64,000 nucleotides of DNA, taken from contig CBDCFB010000001.1 of NCBI GenBank assembly GCA_965216065.1, positions 1,442,218 through 1,506,217 of the forward strand, read 5' to 3'. The position numbers were made by a program, and so were the translations under genes. Positions 26,511 to 34,481 of the stretch are shown one piece after another. This DNA comes from Dehalococcoidia bacterium. GTDB lineage: Bacteria; Chloroflexota; Dehalococcoidia; Lucifugimonadales; UBA3495. Position 1 is the first letter of the stretch. Each line of letters begins with the position of its first letter. The notes below the pieces were generated by a model, which saw only the letters and a program-made list of their open reading frames with translations, made no database searches and was not told where the DNA came from.

Positions 26511-26554
26511 GCCAACCGCCGGCCATCCTTACGATGGCCGGCGGTTGGCTTTTT
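26511..26554 (+). terminator. strong rho-independent terminator (bidirectional)
   Basis: A 17-bp perfect stem GCCAACCGCCGGCCATC / GATGGCCGGCGGTTGGC followed by TTTTT. Confidence 0.85.
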
Positions 26555-26589
26555 CTCGCGAAACCTGGAACTGGAGGCAGATGAGGCTG

Positions 26590-27480
26590 TCACCGGTCGT
26601 CGGTGGGCAGCCGCGTGGCGACGCCACCCATGCCGGGCGGAGGCCAGCTGCCGGTCAGGTAGTCGTACAGGTTGGCGGCGCTGATGCGCATCACCATGGG
26701 AGCCATGCCCTCCTGCTCCACATCCATGGGGTAGCGGTCGGTCATCGCGGTCAGGCTGGGCACTGCCTCTTCCTTAGTCATGCCCCGGTTGATGGCGTCC
26801 TGCACGTAGTCCTTCCAATCGACGATGAACTCGCCCTGCTCGTCTAGGTAGTCCTTGCCGCACAACGCTCCGTGGCCAGGAACGAAAATGTTTTCGTCCA
26901 GCCGGCGCAGCGACTCCAGTGCCACCAGCCACAGGTCGGGGTCAGCCTCGTGGAGCCAGGTTTGCACGCCATGGAATATGTTGTCGCTGGTGAAGACGAC
27001 ACCTTCCTCCTTGATCACCACCGCCGCTTGGTACAGGGTGTGTCCGGGCATGTGTATCATCTCGAAGGTGTGGTCGCCGACGCGCAAGGTCATCTCGTCT
27101 TGGAAGGTGATGACCGGCGGATTGGCCCGGTAGCCCTCCAGCAACGCAGGCTCCTCCGGGCCGAAGGTGCACACGCGCGCGGCGTGCTCAGCCATGTCGG
27201 TGTTCAGAATGCGGGTCCGCACCCCCTCGTGGGCGATGACCGGCGCGTCGAAGAAGGCATTACCGGTCCAGTGGTCGCCATGGGGCTCGGTGTTGATGAT
27301 GTAGCGTAGTCCTGGGCCGGTCGAAGGGCTGCGCTTCTCGATCTCGGCCTTCAGCCACATGGCGGTGCTGGGCTTGTGGGGACTGTCGATCATTACTACG
27401 CCGTCGGAGGTGGTGACGAACCCGAAGTTGCAGCCGCGGACCTCGGTTTCCACCCATACGTTGCTGGTCAATTGCTTCAT
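26590..27480 (-). CDS. MBL-fold metallo-hydrolase
   Basis: ORF trimmed to ATG 27480 (MKQLTSNVWVE...). Metal motifs EPHGDHW and HMPGHT. Confidence 0.8.
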   Translation of the reverse strand: MKQLTSNVWVETEVRGCNFGFVTTSDGVVMIDSPHKPSTAMWLKAEIEKRSPSTGPGLRYIINTEPHGDHWTGNAFFDAPVIAHEGVRTRILNTDMAEHAARVCTFGPEEPALLEGYRANPPVITFQDEMTLRVGDHTFEMIHMPGHTLYQAAVVIKEEGVVFTSDNIFHGVQTWLHEADPDLWLVALESLRRLDENIFVPGHGALCGKDYLDEQGEFIVDWKDYVQDAINRGMTKEEAVPSLTAMTDRYPMDVEQEGMAPMVMRISAANLYDYLTGSWPPPGMGGVATRLPTDDR

Positions 27481-27482
27481 TC

Positions 27483-28073
27483 GTGGCCTCCCTGTATGCC
27501 TGGACTGGCATTTGCCGGGCATTCTACACGGTTGACCCCGGTGACGGACGAGCCCTATGCTGGAGTGCGAAATTTCTGGATTGCGAAGTCGGGCGCCGCG
27601 GGGAAGCAGTGGACAATCTCGACCTGGACCTGCATGGCAAGACCTGGGCCGAGGCCCTTCGGGAGTTCGTTGACGCCTACAACAGGGCGGTCCAGCCGGG
27701 CGGCCATGCCTGCCGGACGCTGACGGTCATCCATGGCTACGGTTCCACGGGAAGCGGCGGGGTTCTACGAACGCGTTTTCGCAGGTTCCTGGAGAGGCAC
27801 GGCTCCCGCCTGGAATTCACGCCCGGAGAGAAGGTCAGCCTCAATCCCGGGTACACGCTGGTAACTCCGAAGTACCCCTTGCCCGGTGCGGATGCCGCGC
27901 TCTGCGAGCTGGTCTGGGACTACTGCGAGCAGCCGAAGACCCTCAGCAAGATCGTGGGGCAGTTCCGGCGGTTTGGAAACCCCCAGGTCCAGCAGGCCGT
28001 CCGGTCGCTTGAGGGGCAGAAGAGGCTCCGGAAGACGGTCAAGGCCAGGAACAGCCTCTACCAGGCGGTTTAG
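27483..28073 (+). CDS. Smr-domain protein (start uncertain; GTG 27609 possible)
   Basis: LDLHGKTWAEA...LTVIHGYGSTG is an Smr signature. The C-terminal part is winged-helix-like. Confidence 0.65.
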   Translation: MASLYAWTGICRAFYTVDPGDGRALCWSAKFLDCEVGRRGEAVDNLDLDLHGKTWAEALREFVDAYNRAVQPGGHACRTLTVIHGYGSTGSGGVLRTRFRRFLERHGSRLEFTPGEKVSLNPGYTLVTPKYPLPGADAALCELVWDYCEQPKTLSKIVGQFRRFGNPQVQQAVRSLEGQKRLRKTVKARNSLYQAV

Positions 28074-28100
28074 AGCCAGGCGGTTTAGAGTAGGAATGAG

Positions 28101-28140
28101 CCTTCAATCCTCCTCTCCCCTGAGGGGGGAAGATTGGAGG
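28101..28140. repeat. GEG-type hairpin repeat variant
   Basis: CCTTCAATCCTCCTCTCCCCTGAGGGGGGAAGATTGGAGG. Confidence 0.6.
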
Positions 28141-28164
28141 GCGGTGAAGTCCTTGGTATCAACG

Positions 28165-28430
28165 CAGGGTAATCGCGTCTGGAAGGCTGGAATCTCATTT
28201 TGCTGTCATTTGCTCCTTGCCAAGCTTGGCGCTCCTTCTCAAACATTAGTTCTATATGTATAACGGATGGCAAACAGAACCCGACTGACATCCCTGTGGG
28301 TCTCTTGAAACAGCGGCCAGCCCGGAATGTCCAGAAATGACCGGGAAAACGAAAAAATCAGCCCCTGCAAACCGGCAATGTCGGCTCATCCGACCCAACC
28401 TGCTGAGTTGCTGAATTCAAGACGCGATTG
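28165..28430. mobile_element. element with type-B termini but unrelated AT-richer core
   Basis: The left end CAGGGTAATCGCGTCT and right end AGACGCGATTG are inverted. TCCTTGGTATCAACG is directly repeated on both sides (28150..28164 and 28431..28445). Confidence 0.5.
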
Positions 28431-28533
28431 TCCTTGGTATCAACGGCCAACCCAATCGATGAAGCCCACCCCTGATATAATTTCGCCAGGATACGGACTT
28501 GGACTTCGGACCCGGACTCCTTGGAGGTCTTAC

Positions 28534-29028
28534 ATGGGAGAAATGCTGCAACAGGGGGGTCGTTTCCCCCAACTGGAACTGAACCTGCTGGACGGCGGCA
28601 AGCTGACCCTGCCGGAAGACGCCCCCAGCCGCTACACGGCTTTGCTGTTCTACCGGGGACACTGGTGACCCTACTGCCAGCGGCAGTTAGCCGCGTACGA
28701 GGCAGCCAAGGCAGAGCTTGATGCGCTGGAAGTCAGCGTCTACGCCGTCAGCGTCGACGATGAGGAGCACGCGAGAGAGGTGCAGGGCAAAGGCCTGTCC
28801 TTCCCTGTTGCCTACGGGGCGACCAAGGCCGACGCCGACGCCATCGGGGCCTGGTGGTCTGACGATAGGGGCGGTTACGTGCAGCCCGCCGAGTTCCTGC
28901 TGAGTCGTGGCGGTGTGGTCGCAGGGGCAATGTACGCCTCCGGACCTGTGGGCCGCATGGGCGCCGACGAGGTCATTCGCTTCATCCAGTTCCGCGAGAA
29001 CCGCCGGCGCCAGGAAGAAGGCGAATAA
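28534..29028 (+). CDS. candidate selenoprotein: peroxiredoxin-like (PRX_like2 / AhpC-TSA) with W-U-P-Y-C, TGA 28666..28668 read as Sec
   Basis: GGAGG RBS 6 nt before ATG 28534. ORFs 28327..28668 and 28780..29028 are in the same frame, separated only by one TGA. Sequence reads ...ALLFYRGHW-U-PYCQRQLAAYE..., where homologues have WCPYC. Confidence 0.7.
28674..28705 (+). promoter_or_regulatory. SECIS-like two-tier stem-loop 3' of the in-frame TGA
   Basis: Lower stem CUGCC/GGCAG (28674..28678 / 28701..28705). Upper stem GCGGC/GCCGC (28680..28684 / 28690..28694). Apical loop AGUUA begins 17 nt after the UGA. Confidence 0.5.
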
Positions 29029-29030
29029 TA

Positions 29031-29101
29031 TCCCCTGCCCCTCAGGGGGAGGGTTAGCACAAAATCCCCTCTCCCTGTGGGAGAGGGTCAGGGTGAGGGC
29101 G
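29031..29101. repeat. two GEG-type hairpin repeats
   Basis: TCCCCTGCCCCTCAGGGGGAGGGTTAG and TCCCCTCTCCCTGTGGGAGAGGGTCAGGGTGAGGGCG. Confidence 0.75.
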
Positions 29102-29111
29102 AACCCCAACT

Positions 29112-29936
29112 ATGAACGAGACCAACCAGCAACTGGTAGACATGATGGAGAGCGTCTGGCGCTCCATCGGCGAGTTGTGCGACGGGCTGACCGAGGCCGA
29201 GTGGAAGACACCCACCGATTGTCCCGGGTGGTCGGTACAGGACCAGGTATCGCACCTGGCTGGCTCGGAGACCGGCATCCTGGGCGATACTGACCCCGAC
29301 CACGCCCCCAGCGAAGAGGTGCTGGCCCACACCCGCAGCGAGCAGGGACGCCACAACGAGATCGTCGTGGACTTCCTGCGCCCCTGGGCCGGGGCGCAGG
29401 TGTTGTCGGACTTCCGGGCCAAGACCGCCCGCCGCATGGAGTTCCTCCACGGGCGGAGCGACGACGATTTTGCGGCCGAGATGCAGACCCCCGTGGGGCC
29501 AGCCCCCATGGCCGAGTTCATCAGCATCCGCATAATGGACGCCTGGGTGCATGAGCAGGACATCCGGCGTGCCCTGGATCGGCCGGGGCACTACGACAGC
29601 CCGGCGGCGGCCCATGCACTGAATCGCATCATCCGCGCCATGCCCTTTGTCGCCGCCCGTCGCGCCCAGGCCCCCGACGGCGCCACGGTCGTGATAGACG
29701 TTGCGGGTCCGGCAGGCCGGCGTGTTTCCATTGGTGTCGAGGGCGGAAGAGGCCGGGAGCTGGATGAAGCGCCGGAAACCCCCACGGTTCAAATCAGCCT
29801 GGAAGCGGAGACCTTCGGCTGTCTGGGCTGCGGTCGCTGGGACCCCGGCGAAGTGCTCCAGTCCGGGAGGGTGTCCATCGAAGGAGACGCCGCCCTGGGC
29901 GAGGCCATTGTCCGGCAGATGAACATTATGCCCTGA
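29112..29936 (+). CDS. DinB/MDMPI-family (maleylpyruvate isomerase N-terminal-like) protein with SCP2-like C-terminus
   Basis: 274 aa with WKTPTDCPGWSVQDQVSHL, typical of the mycothiol-dependent maleylpyruvate isomerase-like family. Confidence 0.7.
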   Translation: MNETNQQLVDMMESVWRSIGELCDGLTEAEWKTPTDCPGWSVQDQVSHLAGSETGILGDTDPDHAPSEEVLAHTRSEQGRHNEIVVDFLRPWAGAQVLSDFRAKTARRMEFLHGRSDDDFAAEMQTPVGPAPMAEFISIRIMDAWVHEQDIRRALDRPGHYDSPAAAHALNRIIRAMPFVAARRAQAPDGATVVIDVAGPAGRRVSIGVEGGRGRELDEAPETPTVQISLEAETFGCLGCGRWDPGEVLQSGRVSIEGDAALGEAIVRQMNIMP

Positions 29937-29954
29937 GGGCACCCAGCCGTATTG

Positions 29955-30187
29955 CTGCACTGAGAAAATCTCTCGAAACTCGTTTGCCCCACAAGCCGTC
30001 GTTCCTGCGAAAGAACTTCGCCCCCGGCTCGATCGGGGAGCGGGAATCCGCGGCTTCCGTCCTTCTGACCGCCCTTAACCGCCAGGGCTGATTAGGCCTC
30101 ATCCGGCAACCGTCAGGCCTAATTTTCGGCCACTGGATTCCCGGCTATGCGGGAATGACGGGTTGATTTCGCTGCATAACTGTCCTG
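29955..30187. repeat. REP/type-B-related repeat cluster (approximate bounds)
   Basis: CTCGATCGGGGAGCGGGAATCC and GGATTCCCGGCTATGCGGGAATGACGG hairpins. The right end ...CATAACTGTCCTG resembles a type-B terminus. Confidence 0.5.
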
Positions 30188-30332
30188 CAGTCCAAATGCG
30201 TTTGCCTTGGATCTGGCCCGGTGCCCCATTGCTCTGCAGCCGAACATTGCGAGGCTATCGGAGCCTTAGCATTAGTGCTATCATTCCATGTTGAAATACA
30301 ATTGTAACAAAATCATCATGAGTTGAGAAAGA

Positions 30333-31781
30333 ATGTTGCGAAGGCGGACCGGCCCTCAGTCGCCCCTTAACCCGGACGCCGGGCTTCAAGCCCGGGGGCT
30401 GGCGGCGCGGCTCCCCTTCCACTACAGCTGGATAGTCATCGCCATCCTGGCGACGGTGCAGATCTTCGCCAGCTCCATCAGCATGGCTGCCGGCATAATG
30501 CTGCCCCCGTTGACCGACCCCGACGGCGCCTTTGGCTGGAACGAAGGCCTGGTAACCCTGGGCATAGCGGCGTATTACGGGTTCGGCGCCCTCTACGCGC
30601 CAATCACTGGCTGGATGGGCGACCGCTTCGGGGCCCGGCTCATGCTGCTGGGTGCTGCAATAATGTACTTGGTCAGCATGATCCTGCTCAGCCAGGTGCA
30701 GGAAGTCTGGCAGTTCTTCCTCTTCTTCGGCGTCCTGCTCTCCCTGACGCAGTCCCTTGGCATGGTGCCCCTGATGGCCTCCGTGAGCGGCTGGTTCCGG
30801 AGACGCCTGGGGATGGGAATCGGTATCCTTTGGGCCGCTGGCGGCATTGGCACCGCGGCCTTCGCCCCCCTCGCCGGGTGGCTTATCGAAACGGTGGGGT
30901 GGCAGGGCAACTTCCTGATCATAGGACTGATCGGCGGGGTAGCGATGCTTTGCCTCGTACCCCTGATGAAGAACCGGCCTGCCGACCTGGGAATCGAGCC
31001 CTACGGCGCCAGGCCCGGGGACTCGACGCAGGCGAGGCTGGCCAAAAGCATGGAGCGCCTGCGGATCAAGACCTTCAACCAGCATATCCGCAAGACCCGT
31101 CCATTCTGGAACCTGCCGCTGATCCATGGCCTGGGATGCGCGGGGCACGGGATCATACTCATCTATGTCGCGAAGTACGCCCTTGACACCGGCGTGTTTA
31201 GCTCCCTTGCTGGGGCGGGCATCATCCTGGCGATCATCTCCCTGGTCAGCATCATCAGCCGTTTCGGCACGCCGGTGCTGGCGGAGATATACGGAACTCG
31301 ACGGATGATGGCCGTGAGCCTGTTGGTACAGGGTCTCACGGTGCCGATCATAATGTTCGGGCCTGCGGAGCCTTGGCTGTTCTACCTGTTTGCCGTCACC
31401 TTTGGAGTGGGATTCGGCGGGGAGTGGACCGGATACCTGATCATCAACCGCCAGTATTACGGCGACGGCCCGATGGGCACGATCTACGGCTGGCAGACAA
31501 CCGGCGCGCTGATGGGGCACTTCGTGGCCACCGCCCTGGCGGGGCTGATCATGTACACCACCGGCTCATACATGGCAGTTCTCGGACTGTCCATGGCATA
31601 CAGCCTGGGTGGTGTGGTGGTGATTTCCCTGCTGGATAGCAACTCCCATGTGCTGATACCGGACTGGGAGAGCGAACTGCCCGACGAAGCTAGGGTGAGA
31701 CCGCGTGCGCCCATACCGTCGGCGCCCCCGCCGTTGGTGGCCCCGCTCCCGGCTCCGGTCGGCGCGGGCGGCGACAGCTGA
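30333..31781 (+). CDS. MFS transporter
   Basis: 482 aa, multi-TM. The minus-strand ORF 30255..31520 is its shadow. Confidence 0.8.
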   Translation: MLRRRTGPQSPLNPDAGLQARGLAARLPFHYSWIVIAILATVQIFASSISMAAGIMLPPLTDPDGAFGWNEGLVTLGIAAYYGFGALYAPITGWMGDRFGARLMLLGAAIMYLVSMILLSQVQEVWQFFLFFGVLLSLTQSLGMVPLMASVSGWFRRRLGMGIGILWAAGGIGTAAFAPLAGWLIETVGWQGNFLIIGLIGGVAMLCLVPLMKNRPADLGIEPYGARPGDSTQARLAKSMERLRIKTFNQHIRKTRPFWNLPLIHGLGCAGHGIILIYVAKYALDTGVFSSLAGAGIILAIISLVSIISRFGTPVLAEIYGTRRMMAVSLLVQGLTVPIIMFGPAEPWLFYLFAVTFGVGFGGEWTGYLIINRQYYGDGPMGTIYGWQTTGALMGHFVATALAGLIMYTTGSYMAVLGLSMAYSLGGVVVISLLDSNSHVLIPDWESELPDEARVRPRAPIPSAPPPLVAPLPAPVGAGGDS

Positions 31782-31829
31782 AGCCTGCGAGGCATTGCCA
31801 GCTGTACTGTAATACCGTACACTAACCTC

Positions 31830-31857
31830 GATGATCATACGTTGATGATCATACGTT
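31830..31857. promoter_or_regulatory. 14-bp tandem repeat GATGATCATACGTT x2 (each holding the palindrome ATGATCAT); probable HigA operator
   Basis: Perfect duplication that overlaps the higB start codon. Confidence 0.5.
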
Positions 31858-32134
31858 CAATCCGGCACAGAGGATTGCAGCGCCTGATTGAAGACGACAA
31901 CCCCCGCTCCCTTTCGCCGGACCTGGCGCAGCGTGCGCGTAATGTATTGACCGTTCTGGTGCTGGCCGAAGACCTGGATAGCCTTATGAGAACCGCTCCC
32001 CGGGATGGCGAGTCCACCGGCTTTCCGGCAACCGGGCAAAAGAATGGAGCGTCTCAGTTTCTGGCAACTGGCGGATAACCTTCGAGGAATCGGAAGGGTA
32101 TATCGATCACTTGAATCTGGAGGACTATCACTGA
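31845..32134 (+). pseudogene. higB: higB-family (RelE/ParE superfamily) toxin with a frameshift near 31997..32004
   Basis: Frame 1 reads MIIRSIRHRGLQRLIEDDNPRSLSPDLAQRARNVLTVLVLAEDLDSL... The -1 frame continues PGWRVHRLSGNRAKEWSVSVSGNWRITFEESEGYIDHLNLEDYH*. Joined, they give a canonical ~96-aa HigB. Confidence 0.7.
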
Positions 32135-32445
32135 TGGCTGCAGACAGCATTCAAGTGAACATGACCCCGTCCCATCCTGGTGAATTCGTCCGAACAGAGA
32201 TAGTCGAAGAAATGGGGCTCTGCGTGACCAGGGCGGCGGAGGCACTGGGAGTGCGCCGCGCAACCCTTTCGGCACTTCTGAACGGCAAGGCCACGCTCTC
32301 ACCGGAGATGGCGCTGCGTGTGGAGAAGGCCTTTGGCATCGACATGGAAATGCTGCTACGGATGCAGGCGTGGCACGATGCCGCCTCTATGCGCGCACGT
32401 GCTGATGAAATAAAAGTTCAGCCCTTCCGGGCCGCAGCTACCTAG
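32134..32445 (+). CDS. higA: HigA-family antitoxin (XRE-type HTH)
   Basis: ATG overlaps the higB TGA (TGATG). Sequence HPGEFVRTEIVEEMGLCVTRAAEALGVRRATLSALLNGKATLSPEMALRVEKAFG. Confidence 0.8.
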   Translation: MAADSIQVNMTPSHPGEFVRTEIVEEMGLCVTRAAEALGVRRATLSALLNGKATLSPEMALRVEKAFGIDMEMLLRMQAWHDAASMRARADEIKVQPFRAAAT

Positions 32446-32506
32446 CAGAACCTGGCTGCCACCTGCTCCATATTCATCTGGGAAAGGGTGCGGTCTGAAA
32501 CAACAG

Positions 32507-32532
32507 CAGGGGCGCACAGTTGTGCGCCCCTG
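32507..32532. terminator. perfect palindromic hairpin between convergent genes
   Basis: CAGGGGCGCACA-GT-TGTGCGCCCCTG. Related to 12514..12535. Confidence 0.55.
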
Positions 32533-32570
32533 CGCATTGCTGGGCCTCTCTTCTACTGCGGGGTTGGCGG

Positions 32571-34049
32571 CTATTCGTCCTCGAGGAACTCCCGGACGAA
32601 GGCGGTGGCCGGTTCCTTGTCGTACAGGCTGTTCAGCAGGACGATGTTGCGGTAGGCGTCGCCCTGGAAGAAGCGCTCGTAGAGAATCTGCCGCTGGCCG
32701 AAGGCGCTGCAGCAGGTGTCCCACGCCAGCCGGAACAGGCGTATGCGGTCCTCCGCCGTGGCGGTGTCGGTGTCGAGATAGCCGGCCAGTTCTTCGGACA
32801 TCGGGCCTTTCAGATCGGCCTCCGTCGGGAGGGCCATCAGGCTGCTGGAGCCCATGAGCTGCAGGATCTCTCCCATGCGCGGGTACATCCTGATGAACAG
32901 GTGCCGGGCCACCATCAGCGGCATCTCCGCTGGACACATCACGCCCCATTCGTCGGGGGCGGCTTCGGCTTCGGCGGCACGGAGCAGAGCCTTGGTGGTC
33001 TCCAGGTTCTCGATGATTTCCGCCGTCATCTGAAGCATCTGGGGCTGCTGGCCTGAGCCGAGGACCTGCTGCATCAGGTTGGCCAAGCCCAGGACGAACT
33101 CCACCTTGACCACATTCTTGGTCACCACCTGGTGGCCGGAGTGCAGGTACTGGTGGGTGTGTCGGGACATATTGTTGCACCGGTCGGGGTCGCCCAGGAG
33201 GAACACCCGCTCCCAGGGAACGAACACGTTGTCGAAGAACGCCAGTGCATCCATTTCCTCGAAGCGCGAGCCCAGCGGATGATCGAACCTGGAGCGACCC
33301 AGGTCGAAGCTCTCACGGCACAGGAACTTCAGTCCAGGCGCGTCGCAGGGCAGCGCGAACGCAAATGAGGTGCGACCCGGGGCTCCGGTAGGCAGACGGT
33401 GCGACCGGGCCGGGTAGACCGCGATCTCGTCGGCAATGGGCAGGGTGGCAAGCAGCCTGGCGCCGTGGACGATGATCCCGGAATCTGTCTCCTTGACCAC
33501 GGAGAGAGCAATGTCGGTGTTGTCGTGGAGGATCTGTTCCGTGGGGACCCGGCTGCGCTGGAGGTTGACCAGGGTGTGGGTCAGGACAAGGTCTTCCTCG
33601 CGCACCTTCTCGTAGTAGTTCCAGATGTTCTGCTTGAACTCCGGGCGGTCCTCGGCAAAGTAGTCCCCGGCGTTGGCCATTGCCATCAGGCTGACATTCA
33701 GGAAGTCGGGCGTCCGGCCCATCATCCCGCAGGATACCTGGGCCCACCGGCGCATCATCCCCCGCCGGGCATCCAGATCAGCGGTGCTCCTGGGAGTGAT
33801 GAAGGACAGACCCACCTGCTCGCCGGTGGTGGGCGACGCATAGGTCATCTCGGGGCCCACGGCCCCCGGGTTTAACTGGCGCTGCGCTGCCGAAGGGTGC
33901 TGGAGGTCGTACAGGCGGGCCACCGTCTTGACGCCTCCACTCAGCCCGGGGTGCGTGGTCGGGTCGTCGATGCGCTCACCTCGCATGTACAAGGCCGGCG
34001 GGCGCTCGCGAAGCCTCTGGATGTACTGCTGCCCGTTCCTGGCGCCCAT
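32571..34049 (-). CDS. 4-hydroxyphenylacetate 3-monooxygenase oxygenase-component (HpaB) family protein
   Basis: 492 aa with MGARNGQQYIQRLRERPPALYMRGERIDD..., an HpaB/4-hydroxybutyryl-CoA dehydratase family layout. Confidence 0.8.
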   Translation of the reverse strand: MGARNGQQYIQRLRERPPALYMRGERIDDPTTHPGLSGGVKTVARLYDLQHPSAAQRQLNPGAVGPEMTYASPTTGEQVGLSFITPRSTADLDARRGMMRRWAQVSCGMMGRTPDFLNVSLMAMANAGDYFAEDRPEFKQNIWNYYEKVREEDLVLTHTLVNLQRSRVPTEQILHDNTDIALSVVKETDSGIIVHGARLLATLPIADEIAVYPARSHRLPTGAPGRTSFAFALPCDAPGLKFLCRESFDLGRSRFDHPLGSRFEEMDALAFFDNVFVPWERVFLLGDPDRCNNMSRHTHQYLHSGHQVVTKNVVKVEFVLGLANLMQQVLGSGQQPQMLQMTAEIIENLETTKALLRAAEAEAAPDEWGVMCPAEMPLMVARHLFIRMYPRMGEILQLMGSSSLMALPTEADLKGPMSEELAGYLDTDTATAEDRIRLFRLAWDTCCSAFGQRQILYERFFQGDAYRNIVLLNSLYDKEPATAFVREFLEDE

Positions 34050-34152
34050 GACTAGTCCTCCTCTGTCGTTTCCCCTTACTATTTTGGCTTACTATTTTGG
34101 CCGAAGACCCTCGGATTTTACAGTGCGTCTCTCAGTGCGTCTCTCCCGGAGG

Positions 34153-34276
34153 CAGGGTCTTTTAGTTTTCTATGGGAACCTTGCGAATCCGTTCGTGGTG
34201 AGTTCGTCGAACCATGAACGGACGGCCCTTCGACGGGCTCAGGACCAACGGATTTGTCGACAACTAAAAGATCCTG
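34153..34276. mobile_element. MITE-like element type A' (LSNH core), 124 bp
   Basis: Ends are CAGGGTCTTTTAGT... and ...ACTAAAAGATCCTG. Flanked by perfect CTCCCGGAGG at 34143..34152 and 34277..34286. Confidence 0.8.
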
Positions 34277-34286
34277 CTCCCGGAGG

Positions 34287-34481
34287 CAGGGCAATCGCGT
34301 CTTAACATTCGGCACACTAATCGGGCAGGCATGGCTGCAAAAATTCCCGTTATCCCTGCGAATGCAGGAATCCAGAGGTCAGTTGCCAGTGAATCACGAC
34401 TTGCCTCGAGGCCCTTGGAATCCCGCTTTCGCGGGAATGACGGATTATGGGGCCCTCAGCATTTGGGACGCGATGGTCCTG
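34287..34481. mobile_element. MITE-like element type B, 195 bp
   Basis: Ends are CAGGGCAATCGCGTC... and ...GACGCGATGGTCCTG, with REP hairpins inside. Flanked by CTCCCGGAGG at 34277..34286 and 34482..34491. Confidence 0.8.

Noticed and set aside
28327-28533. The upstream 69 codons of ORF 28327..28668 as part of the peroxiredoxin-like protein.
   Set aside because: This stretch overlaps the inserted element 28165..28430 and has no thioredoxin-fold features. ATG 28534 has a strong GGAGG RBS and gives the usual distance to the active-site motif.
31997-32004. Programmed -1 ribosomal frameshift in higB.
   Set aside because: The sequence T-CCC-CGG is not an X-XXY-YYZ slippery heptamer, and no downstream pseudoknot is obvious. 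An indel in the C/G homopolymer run (mutation or assembly error) is more likely.
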